64,000 bases of DNA, taken from assembly GCA_039922495.1 (NCBI GenBank), contig JBDTEO010000015.1, positions 844 through 64,843 on the forward strand, read 5' to 3'. This document shows positions 17,553 through 26,039 of the stretch, one piece after another; positions within the stretch are counted from its first letter, which is position 1; each line of letters begins with the position of its first letter. Below the pieces are notes generated by a model, which was given only the letters and a program-made list of their open reading frames with translations, searched no databases and was not told the DNA's origin. A program made the position numbers and the translations under genes. This DNA is from Candidatus Dormibacter sp. Lineage in GTDB: Bacteria; Chloroflexota; Dormibacteria; CF-121.

Positions 17553-19124
17553 TCAGTTTTTTCGAGGTTCGAGAGCGTAGGTAGCGCCGCCGGGAAGACC
17601 GCCGAGCAGGCGCCGGATCTGGTCCTCGTTGGCGCCGTCGATCGCGACGGTGAACCGGCTGGCGGGAGCGGCGGGTTCGGAAGCAGGAGCCGGGCGGGCG
17701 GCCGAATCGGCCCGCAGCAGGCGCCAGTGATACAGGCCGAGGGCGACCGCCACCAGGATGACCGACGCTGACCGACCGGCGTCGACGACCGCCGCCCCGG
17801 AGGTCGTATCGCTGGTGGACAGGATCAACCCCAGCACCCGGTAGAGCAGGATCGCGCCGCTGATCAAGAGGGCGAGCACGCTGCCAAGCAGCGCGGCGTA
17901 AAGATACAGTCGCCGGCTCAGGGTGAAACGTTCCCGCACCTCGGGGGACGCCTTCCAGTGGGTGAGCCACATTGGCGTGCCCACGACGGCGAGAGTGAGG
18001 AACAGGCTGGCCCGATCGCGCCATTCGCCGACGTTCCGACCGAGCAGGGAATTCAACACCTGGTCCGAGAGAGTCCAGAGCAGGCCGGCCGCCCCGACCG
18101 CGAGCGTGGCGAGGGCGAGCAGCGCGACAAGGTGCGTGTAGAGGCGCCGAACACCCGCCTGCCGGGCTGCCTCGGTTGCACCGGCATCGGCGGCGAGCCC
18201 GCGCCGGGTCCAAACCCAGGCCAGGCCGAAGACCACGACGGTCGATCCGGGGCCGGCGAGCGCCGCGAGCAGATTGTCACTCACGCCGCCCGGGTGCTGG
18301 ATGCCCAGCGCGCGAGCCAGCATGTAGTAGAGGAGCTGGCTGGCTCCGACCAGGGTGAGGGCGACGCTGCCGGCCAGCACCAGGAACCCTTCCGCCGCAC
18401 GCAGCGTCGAGCCACGATCGTCGGACCGGAGTGGCTCACGGGATGTCCATCGAAAGTGAAAGCCCCAGAGTCCCAGGCCGGTGAGCATGGTGGCAAGGCT
18501 CGCCGGGATGAGGCCGCCGAACACAATCGTCTGGCGGCCGTCGACAAGCAGGACCAGGACCTGCTGGAGGACACTACGGGCGCCAAAGAGGAGGAAGGCG
18601 AGTCCGAGGAACAGCAGGCCGTAGGCGTACCAGCGGCGCAGGGTTGCCGAGGTGCCGACCTGGCCCACTGCCGCCCGGTCTGCCTCGGCAACGCGCAGGT
18701 GGTAGAACCAGAACGCGAGCAGCAGCAGGCTGACCCAGGCGGTGCGTGCGAGGGCCGCGCCGTCGGTAAAGGAACCGAGCAGAAGGCCCAGGCCATCCTC
18801 CAGGAGACCGCGGAGAACGATGGCGGCCGCGACCGCCGTGGCAGCCAGCACGAGATAGAGGTAGAGCCGGCGAAGGGCCGAGGCGCGTTCGTCCGGATGC
18901 CGTCCCGCCAGCCGCTGGGCGATCGTCCAATGGAGCAGCCACACCGGCAGGCCGACCAGCGTGACGGCACCAAAGCCGGCGATCGCATCTTTGACGACGG
19001 TGCCGGTGCTCGGCGCCCGCAGCACGGCGTTCAAGGTCGTGGTGCCCAGGTTGCCCAGGCCGACGAGCAACATGCCCAGGCTCACGGCGGCGACGATGTA
19101 CAGGTAGAGGCGGCGCTGGATCAT
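17553..19124 (-). CDS. polytopic membrane protein built from five tandem internal repeats (about 100-130 aa each, each starting RRLY-L/T-Y and containing a W-L/F-x-H-W motif)
   Basis: Repeats begin at IQRRLYLY, LRRLYLY, LRRWYAY, VRRLYTH and SRRLYLY. Motifs PVWLLHW, LAFWFYHL, TPMWLTHW and LGLYHW. Start ATG at 19124. Confidence 0.6.
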   Translation of the reverse strand: MIQRRLYLYIVAAVSLGMLLVGLGNLGTTTLNAVLRAPSTGTVVKDAIAGFGAVTLVGLPVWLLHWTIAQRLAGRHPDERASALRRLYLYLVLAATAVAAAIVLRGLLEDGLGLLLGSFTDGAALARTAWVSLLLLAFWFYHLRVAEADRAAVGQVGTSATLRRWYAYGLLFLGLAFLLFGARSVLQQVLVLLVDGRQTIVFGGLIPASLATMLTGLGLWGFHFRWTSREPLRSDDRGSTLRAAEGFLVLAGSVALTLVGASQLLYYMLARALGIQHPGGVSDNLLAALAGPGSTVVVFGLAWVWTRRGLAADAGATEAARQAGVRRLYTHLVALLALATLAVGAAGLLWTLSDQVLNSLLGRNVGEWRDRASLFLTLAVVGTPMWLTHWKASPEVRERFTLSRRLYLYAALLGSVLALLISGAILLYRVLGLILSTSDTTSGAAVVDAGRSASVILVAVALGLYHWRLLRADSAARPAPASEPAAPASRFTVAIDGANEDQIRRLLGGLPGGATYALEPRKN

Positions 19125-19125
19125 C

Positions 19126-19611
19126 TCATTGGAACTGGTAGGGATAGGGATTCGAGGTGATGCGCCAGCCCGCGGCCTCGCGCTTGAGCGTGATCGCAAT
19201 CGTCTGGGCACTCGCCTCGCTGAACAGGTCTCCGGAGGCGTTGGTGACCTCCACGTGCACGGTGGCCGAATCACCGGATTGGCTCGCGCTGAGGATTCGA
19301 ACGCGACTGGCGGTCGGGCGGCGATTGCCCTCCACCTGCTGCTTGAAGTCGTCCTTGGTGAACAGCGGTCCCACCCTACCCGGCCCCGACTGGACCGCAT
19401 CCTGGCTCAGCAGGGCCCAGGCCTGATCGGCTTTCCCGGCCTGAACCGCCTGGATATAGCCCGTTACAACGCCACTCGGTGTGGAAAGATCGGGCCTCGG
19501 CTGGGTCGAGCGGACCAGCAGCATGCTTGCCAGCGCGGCGACGGCGAGGACCGCAACCCCGACGACGACCAGCCAGGTTGGGTCTGTCCCTCGAAGCCGG
19601 CCAATTCGCAT
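19126..19611 (-). CDS. membrane-anchored hypothetical protein (N-terminal TM plus periplasmic/extracytoplasmic domain)
   Basis: MRIGRLRGTDPTWLVVVGVAVLAVAALASML TM anchor, then a soluble domain. Its stop lies 1 nt from the downstream start. Confidence 0.5.
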   Translation of the reverse strand: MRIGRLRGTDPTWLVVVGVAVLAVAALASMLLVRSTQPRPDLSTPSGVVTGYIQAVQAGKADQAWALLSQDAVQSGPGRVGPLFTKDDFKQQVEGNRRPTASRVRILSASQSGDSATVHVEVTNASGDLFSEASAQTIAITLKREAAGWRITSNPYPYQFQ

Positions 19612-20511
19612 GCCCCCATAACGCGCTTCGACAGGAATAGGTTGCACGCGAGGAGAGTCGATTGGTCGCGGCGAGTCGTCAGCGCCACCACCTGGTGCGG
19701 GCGGCCTCTACTGCGGTGGCGACCGGTTGCTCGAGGTCATCTTCCAGGCGGGCAAGGTTCTCGACCCATTCGCTGGCCATGACGACTGCCATCGCCCCAC
19801 GGCCGGCGCGTTCGTCGTGTCGCCAGCGAGCGAGACAGTCAACAGCGGCGTGACGCGGCGGTTCCAGCGCGACCGGGCTGGCATCGCGCCCCGAGTCGCT
19901 GAGAGCAAGCCGATCGGCGTCGTGAAGGAGCCGCTCATCGAGCCGGTCCACCTGGGCGCGCACCTCACGCGCGCCGTCAGGACAACTGCCGGCCTGGTAG
20001 CCGCCGCGGCTCGAAATCACGTCGAGTAGATCTGCCGCGAGCCTGGCATGCGACCCTGCCGAGAGCAGGAAGCCGGCCGTCTGCGGGTCCAGCAGGCGAT
20101 GGCGGAGGCGGGCGAAGGGATCGAGACAGCGATGACGTAGGAGAGGAGCATGCCGGTCTGCGCAGCGGCGACGTACCCACCGAAGGCGCGGCTGAAGGCG
20201 ATCACAAAGGCGACCCGTTGCGTGGCCAAGGCGGCGATCACCGTGGTGGACGACACGAGGGTGCCGAGGGTAACCAGCACGGCACCGACGAGGGTGGCGG
20301 TCACGTAGGCGAGGGCGCGTGCCGGTCGCTGGCCACCGAAGTCGGACATAACAAGGAGGGCGAAGTATTCAAAAGGCGACAAAGATCACGTTCTGCGGAT
20401 CGTGCAGCACGAGTGTGGCAAATCCGAAGGTGGCCGGAAGGACGATGGCTGCCCGGGCCCGCCGCAAGGCGGCGTAGCCCGGATCACGTGGCGTCGCTGT
20501 CTCGCTGGGAC

Positions 20512-21660
20512 TCAGGAGGGCTTCAGGTGGTAGACGGACTCGGCATTGCCGGCGAGGACCCGGCGCCCCGCGGCCAGCGCAGCATCGCGGCCGAGGATCC
20601 GGCGCTCGACCAGTTCCCCGAAGGCCTCGGCGAGCGCCTCGCGGTGAACCTGGGCGGCGACGAAATAGACCTCGGGGAGCCGGGTGGCATCGCTGGCGTA
20701 GAGGAGCTTGCTCCAGGGGCAGAGCCCGAGGGCCTCACGTACGGCGCGGTTGCCCTCCAGCCCTGCCATTGGGATGGTCAGCGAGAGGTCCATGTAGACA
20801 TCGGGAAAGACCGAACACAGATATGCCGATTCCCGGTGGAATGGGTAACAGTGGAGCAGGATGACCCGCAGGCCGGCATACGCCGGGTCATTAAAGAGCG
20901 CCCGCAATCCGAGGGGTGAGGCCTCCGCGAGATCCTCGTCGGGGTCGCCGAAGCCGCAATGGACCTGGAGCGGCACGTCGAGGCTCTGGCACTCCTTCGC
21001 CGCCTCGAAGAGGAGGGCGTGGCAGAGCGTATCGCCGCTGATGCGGGGCCGGTCCGCCTCCAGGGCCAGTCCGTGCAGGCGGGTGAACGCGATCGCCAGG
21101 TTTTCTGGATTAACCGGTCGCAGCCAGAGGCTCGCCCGGTAGGCGCAGATCGACTTGATCCCGACCGCCCCATGCCGGACGGCGTCGCGCAAGGCCTCGC
21201 GCACGCGCGCCAGCCATTCGCCCGGGTCGGCCGCCTGGCGTACCATCGTCTCGGCGAGCGTTTCCAGCCTGACGATCGCTTGGCCGGGAACCCCGGTAGC
21301 GGCGAGGTGCTCCTCCACCGTGAAGGCCTGGCCGCCGCCGAAGCCGGCGTCGAGCAGCAGGAGGCCGGTCCGGCTTCGCTCGAGAAGCTGTCGCCCAAGC
21401 TCCGCCGGGTCGGCGGCGTTTCGGGCCGACAGGATGGCCTCCTCCTCCGCCGCGCAGCCGAGCTCGCCCGCCAGCCGCCGCAGCGCGTCCCGGTAAGCGG
21501 CCGTCTGGGGAACGTGCTCCCGTGGAATTCGCGGGTCGATCGCCTCGGTGAAGACCGACCGGAGGTCGATCGCCGTCAGTGAGTACGGCCAGCGGCGGAG
21601 CGGATGGCAGTGATGGTCAATGGCGAGGACGTCCTGCCAATCGTCGAGGAGGCCCGCCGC
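20512..21660 (-). CDS. amidohydrolase-2 family (TIM-barrel metal-dependent hydrolase). The first canonical start (GTG 21318) would delete the HxH metal-binding N-terminus.
   Basis: Frame is open from 21318 up to 21798 with no ATG/GTG/TTG. Upstream in-frame peptide ...LLDDWQDVLAIDHHCHPL... carries the amidohydrolase HxH motif. The frame then continues into ...GVPGQAIVRLE...HCGFGDPD... Confidence 0.65.
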   Translation of the reverse strand, partial: AAGLLDDWQDVLAIDHHCHPLRRWPYSLTAIDLRSVFTEAIDPRIPREHVPQTAAYRDALRRLAGELGCAAEEEAILSARNAADPAELGRQLLERSRTGLLLLDAGFGGGQAFTVEEHLAATGVPGQAIVRLETLAETMVRQAADPGEWLARVREALRDAVRHGAVGIKSICAYRASLWLRPVNPENLAIAFTRLHGLALEADRPRISGDTLCHALLFEAAKECQSLDVPLQVHCGFGDPDEDLAEASPLGLRALFNDPAYAGLRVILLHCYPFHRESAYLCSVFPDVYMDLSLTIPMAGLEGNRAVREALGLCPWSKLLYASDATRLPEVYFVAAQVHREALAEAFGELVERRILGRDAALAAGRRVLAGNAESVYHLKPS

Positions 21661-21661
21661 G

Positions 21662-23056
21662 TCAGTATTTATAGATGTGCTGCCGGAACTCGAACGCCTC
21701 GTCCTGCTGCGCGAACGCCTCGATATCGAGTTCTTTGACCGCGATGTAGGAGGTCGACAGCCGCCCGCCGAGCGCCTCCATGAGCACCCGGTCCCGCTTC
21801 AGGTTTCCGACGGCCTCGCGCAGGCTCTGCGGCAGGCGGTCGGCGCCGATCGCCTTTCGTTGCCCGTCGTCGAGCGTATGCGGATCCACCGTCACCGGCT
21901 CCGGTAGGGCCAGCCGGCGCTCGATGCCGTCCAGTCCCGCCGCGATTAACCCGCCGAGGGCGATGTAGGGGTTGGAACTCGCATCGCACGATTTGAGCTC
22001 GACGTTGGTGGATTCCGATTCATGCCCGGCGAACGGCGAAGCGAGCCGGAGCGCGCCCTCGCGATTGTCCGGGCCCCAGACCCGGTAGGCGGAGGCCCAC
22101 ATCTGCGGCTGCAAACGACGGTAGGAGTTCACCGAGGCGCAGGTCAGCGCCACCAGCCCGGACAGGTGATCGAGGACGCCGGCCATGAACTGCCTGCCGA
22201 GCTCGGAAAGCCCGTAGCGCGCGCCGCGCTCGTAGAAGCGGTTGACGGTGCCGTCCTGATCCCAGCCGGAGAAGTGGAGGTGGCAGCCATTCCCGGCCTG
22301 GTTGCCCCACGGCTTGGGCGCAAAGGAGGCGTAGAGGCCGTGTTTGAGGGCAACCCCACGAACGGTCTCGCGGTAGATCACCTGGTTGTCCGCCGCCCGA
22401 AGCGCCGGGGCGTGCCGGATCGACAGCTCCTGCTGACCCCAGCCCAGCTCGGCGTAATACTGCTCGACCGTCAGCCCCTGCGATTCCAGGGCGGCGACGA
22501 TCTCGTCGATGACCTCGGCCGACATGTTCATGCCGGTGGTGGTGAAGCAGCCGCTGTCGTCAAGGGGCGTGAAGTTTTCCCCATCGCGCCGGGCCAACGA
22601 CCATTCCGGCTCGAAGGCCGCAACGATCGAGAGATCCCGGCCCGCGGCTCGATCAACCATGCGCTTGAGAAAGGCGCGCCCGTCCGCCTCATAGGGCTTG
22701 CCGTCGAGGGTGACCATGTCGACAAGGGCAACGCCGGTATGGGGGACGTACGGGGCGACCACGAAAGTCTCCGGGTCCGGCACCAGGCGGATCTCGCCAA
22801 CCGGGCCCATGCCGTCGACCGAAGCCAGGTGATCGAGCATGGTGAAGGCCTGCATGGCCAGGGTGAGGCCGATGCCGGTTTCCAGCCGGTCCTTGAGCGT
22901 GGTCACGCTGCTGCTCTTCCCGCGGATGATCCCATCGTTGTCGCAATAGAGGAAGCGGACCAATCGGAGGCCGGCCGTTTCGGCGTGTGTCACGATCTCG
23001 GCGCGGCGAACCTCCGGGTCCGCCGCCCGAGCCGTCTCGCGAATCGTGGTGGCCAT
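21662..23056 (-). CDS. glutamine synthetase family protein (type I-like catalytic domain; gamma-glutamyl-amine ligase-like)
   Basis: 464 aa ending ...FRQHIYKY. GS catalytic-domain motifs (GPDPETFVVAPYVPHTG, NGCHLHFS) in ORF 21662..23056. Confidence 0.8.
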   Translation of the reverse strand: MATTIRETARAADPEVRRAEIVTHAETAGLRLVRFLYCDNDGIIRGKSSSVTTLKDRLETGIGLTLAMQAFTMLDHLASVDGMGPVGEIRLVPDPETFVVAPYVPHTGVALVDMVTLDGKPYEADGRAFLKRMVDRAAGRDLSIVAAFEPEWSLARRDGENFTPLDDSGCFTTTGMNMSAEVIDEIVAALESQGLTVEQYYAELGWGQQELSIRHAPALRAADNQVIYRETVRGVALKHGLYASFAPKPWGNQAGNGCHLHFSGWDQDGTVNRFYERGARYGLSELGRQFMAGVLDHLSGLVALTCASVNSYRRLQPQMWASAYRVWGPDNREGALRLASPFAGHESESTNVELKSCDASSNPYIALGGLIAAGLDGIERRLALPEPVTVDPHTLDDGQRKAIGADRLPQSLREAVGNLKRDRVLMEALGGRLSTSYIAVKELDIEAFAQQDEAFEFRQHIYKY

Positions 23057-24507
23057 CAGGCCGTCGACGCGGCGGCGCGCCGCGCCTGGTTGAGACCGAG
23101 GAGGTAGACGACCACGGCGACGACCAGCGAGGCGACCGCCACACCGCCCACGATCAGCAACCAGGGGCCGTTGGCGATCAGCGCGCTATTCCAGGACCCG
23201 GTCAGGGTGACCCAGATTCCGACAAAGCTGGCGATCGCGCCCGCGACCGAGGCGGTGACGAAGACCCCGACGGGGACGAGTTGCTCCCGCTTGAATTCCT
23301 CCGGGTACTTGGAGCGGATGATCAGCACGTCCACGAACAGGATGATCATGGAAACGCACCAGATCACGGTCACCGCCGCCTGCAGGACGATGTAGACGGA
23401 GGTCGAAAGATTGGCGCTGCCATTGAAAACGAGGAAGGTGATGGCGGTGATGATCGAGGTGATGACGGCCTGGGTCAGGACGGCGATGTGCGGCACCTTG
23501 TTGCGGTTCACCCGCCCCAGCGCGGCCGGCAACCGGCGGTCAAGGCCGGAGACGAAGAGCAATCGGGCAAACGAATAGTTGTAGACCGTGGTGTTGAAGA
23601 GGAAGAAGGCGATCAGGATCAGGGTGATAACCGTGCTGACGCCGGAACCGAAGACGGTTTGGACCGCCTGCAGGATGGCCGTGGTCGAATTGGCATCCTT
23701 CTGCGGCACGACGACCATCGCCCCGAAGGTCAGCAAGAGGTAGGCGGCCATGACCACGATGGAACCCCAAAAGAGGTACTTGGTGATCGCCTTGCGGTCG
23801 CGGATCTCGACCCCCATGTTGAGTGGGACCTCGATGCCTAGCAGGGCCAGGATCACCAGCCCGTAGAAGGTGAAGTTGCCGCTGTTCAGACCGAACGACG
23901 AGGGGGCGAAGCTGTTCGCGGCCGGATGGCCACCCAGCAACCAGGCCAGCCCGGCCAGCCCGATCGCCCCGATGGCCGCGCCGTAGATGACGAAGACGGT
24001 GTTGACCATGTTCTGCGTGACCCGGAAGCGCAGAATGGCGAGGGCGCTGGAGATCCAGATGACAGCCAGGATGACCACGCCCTGCTGCCATGGCTGCTGG
24101 AGCAGGTTGGAATTGAGGAACTGGATCATGGTCACGATCAGGTCCGCCGTGGCGACCATGACCAGGATGCCGGGCCACCAGGCGCAGAAGCCGGCGAAAA
24201 ACCCCCAGAAGTTGCCCAGCGCCTTGTGGGTCCATACGTAGATGGAGCCCTCGCCCGGGAACATGAGGCCGAGCTGCCCGGTGACGATGGCGCCCGGGAT
24301 CAGGAAGGTGAGAAAGCCGAGGATCCAGTAGACGAAGCCAGCCGCCCCGGCGGCCTGAATGACGGACCCCTGGTTGGCGAATAGGACGATGGCAACGAAG
24401 ATGGCGACCATGTCGAAGGTTCCGAGAACCTTCGGTAGAATGCCTCCCGCAACTCGCTCGGAAAGTAGCTCGTCAGACCGGCCGGGTGCGCTGGTTCTGG
24501 TGACCAT
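23056..24507 (-). CDS. APC-family amino acid/amine permease
   Basis: 12-TM profile; APC-like GSVIQAAGAAGFVYWILG...IPGAIVTGQLG. Stop overlaps the GS-like start. Confidence 0.8.
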   Translation of the reverse strand: MVTRTSAPGRSDELLSERVAGGILPKVLGTFDMVAIFVAIVLFANQGSVIQAAGAAGFVYWILGFLTFLIPGAIVTGQLGLMFPGEGSIYVWTHKALGNFWGFFAGFCAWWPGILVMVATADLIVTMIQFLNSNLLQQPWQQGVVILAVIWISSALAILRFRVTQNMVNTVFVIYGAAIGAIGLAGLAWLLGGHPAANSFAPSSFGLNSGNFTFYGLVILALLGIEVPLNMGVEIRDRKAITKYLFWGSIVVMAAYLLLTFGAMVVVPQKDANSTTAILQAVQTVFGSGVSTVITLILIAFFLFNTTVYNYSFARLLFVSGLDRRLPAALGRVNRNKVPHIAVLTQAVITSIITAITFLVFNGSANLSTSVYIVLQAAVTVIWCVSMIILFVDVLIIRSKYPEEFKREQLVPVGVFVTASVAGAIASFVGIWVTLTGSWNSALIANGPWLLIVGGVAVASLVVAVVVYLLGLNQARRAAASTA

Positions 24508-24633
24508 GTTCCCCTCCTTAGGACCACGGATTATGTGAGCACATAAGTACCGTGTTAGCCACCGTCTGTCAAGCTACCGCTGGAATGTCACGCCGCCCTA
24601 TCAATCGGGCGGAGCCCGTTCAGCGGCAGCTCG

Positions 24634-25083
24634 TCAGGCGTTGGTCCGGTCGCCGCCTTCGGTCAACGCGCGGCGGATGTCGTCCGGCCACGGCTCGGTG
24701 TGGTTGGCATCCCGCGGCAGGTAGGCGGTGACCAGCTCGCCGGTGACGGCGACCGCCTGGTCCCGCCGGACCTCGAAGCGGTACCGAAGTGAGGTGCGGC
24801 CGACGTGAGTGACGGCGAGATCGATGTCGATGTCGTCGAGGAAGTAGAGGCGCTCACGGAAGTCGACCTCTAACCGAAGCCGCGGTGTGAGGCCAAAGGT
24901 TCGATGCGCGATCCCGAGCCGCTGGTGCAGCACCGCCTCGGCGGCCTCGCTCCACCGGATAACGGCGCCGTTGTGATAGTGGCCGGACGAGTCGGTGTCG
25001 GAATACTCGACGAGGCGTCGAATCGTGATCCGTGCGGGATTCGGTCCGGGGGTCAGCTCGGTCGCGCCGGAGCTGGGAGTCAG
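24634..25083 (-). CDS. hotdog-fold acyl-CoA thioesterase (YbgC/4HBT-like). The N-terminus requires initiation upstream of the only canonical start.
   Basis: A GTG at 24933 would give a 99-aa protein lacking the catalytic N-terminus. In-frame upstream peptide ...ITIRRLVEYSDTDSSGHYHNGAVIRWSEAAE carries the YSDTD...GHV motif. The frame is open to a CTG at 25083..25081 that overlaps the upstream TGA stop (CTGA). Confidence 0.6.
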   Translation of the reverse strand: MTPSSGATELTPGPNPARITIRRLVEYSDTDSSGHYHNGAVIRWSEAAEAVLHQRLGIAHRTFGLTPRLRLEVDFRERLYFLDDIDIDLAVTHVGRTSLRYRFEVRRDQAVAVTGELVTAYLPRDANHTEPWPDDIRRALTEGGDRTNA

Positions 25084-25472
25084 GGAAGCGGCACCAGGTC
25101 GGGCTCGAGCCAGGCCTCGCGGGCGGCGGCTCTCATCATCGCCTCATGGGTCCAGTGGCGGAAGGGGAGGGCCTTGTCCAGCGCGAGTGGAAAGGCCGCC
25201 AGGAAGTCCTCGAACGAGGTGACCCGCGGACGTGCCAGCCGGGCGTGATCGACCAGCCAGATCCAGAACTGCGTCATGGTCTCGTGGTATCTGGAGGCCT
25301 GGCCGTGGGCGGAAGCGAACTGACGGATCCCGTCCGTGATCATCCGGCCACCGCGCTCCCGACCGTACTGCCGCAACACCAGCCAGGTCAGCCGAAGATG
25401 GTCTCGGTGGTGGAACTGCTTATTGGGCAGCCGGCCTGCGAAGAACGCCTCGACGAACTCCGGGTCGGTCAT
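25080..25472 (-). CDS. hypothetical protein (130 aa, conserved-looking, no recognised domain)
   Basis: Protein-like composition (…YHETMTQFWIWLVDHARL…); tightly packed between the AAA_33 kinase and the thioesterase. Confidence 0.45.
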   Translation of the reverse strand: MTDPEFVEAFFAGRLPNKQFHHRDHLRLTWLVLRQYGRERGGRMITDGIRQFASAHGQASRYHETMTQFWIWLVDHARLARPRVTSFEDFLAAFPLALDKALPFRHWTHEAMMRAAAREAWLEPDLVPLP

Positions 25473-25492
25473 GCGTTCTTCACCCTCCGAGT

Positions 25493-26014
25493 CTACGCGG
25501 GCAGCGTGATGCGAACGCGGTCCAGGTCGGAAGCGGATCGAATCAGGTAAATCGCGGCATATCCCTCGGTCTCGAGGTCGCTGTCCACATGCCGAAGGTC
25601 CGCCATCTGCTGACGGACAACGCGCGGCGGGATGGGCCGTGGACGCTGGGCGTTCTGGGCGAAGCAGGTCTCCGGGGGGAGGACGAGCGCGATGGCGACC
25701 AGGGGCCGGTGGTGTTGATGCGCGTGCCAGCCGAGTTCGGCACGGGCCGGCCCGCGTGTGTTGGTCGCGTCGACGACGGTGAGGAGCCCCGCGGCCGTGC
25801 GCTCCTCGACCAACTGATGGAGGCGCGCGAAGACGTCGTCGTTTCGCGCCTGGCTCGACTCGTCACCGCTCAGAAGGCCACGGAGCCGATCGGGCGAGAT
25901 GATGTTGTCGGCAGGGAAATGGCGGGCGGTGAACGTGGACTTCCCCGAGCCGGCAGCGCCGATCAAGAGCACGAGGGCGCCGGCCGGGATGCGGATAGTC
26001 AAGTCAGGCTGCAT
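25493..26014 (-). CDS. AAA_33-type P-loop ATPase / predicted kinase (PNK-like/zeta-toxin-like fold)
   Basis: Walker A LLIGAAGSGKSTF; Walker B-like LLTVVDATN. Confidence 0.6.
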   Translation of the reverse strand: MQPDLTIRIPAGALVLLIGAAGSGKSTFTARHFPADNIISPDRLRGLLSGDESSQARNDDVFARLHQLVEERTAAGLLTVVDATNTRGPARAELGWHAHQHHRPLVAIALVLPPETCFAQNAQRPRPIPPRVVRQQMADLRHVDSDLETEGYAAIYLIRSASDLDRVRITLPA

Positions 26015-26039
26015 CCGAACACGGTACCCTCAGACGCGG

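Noticed and set aside
20778-21398. Separate 206-aa minus-strand gene upstream of or overlapping the amidohydrolase.
   Set aside because: The Arg/Ser/Pro-rich product is in a different frame from a continuous, motif-bearing amidohydrolase frame (HxH ... HCGFGDPD). It is an off-frame artefact.
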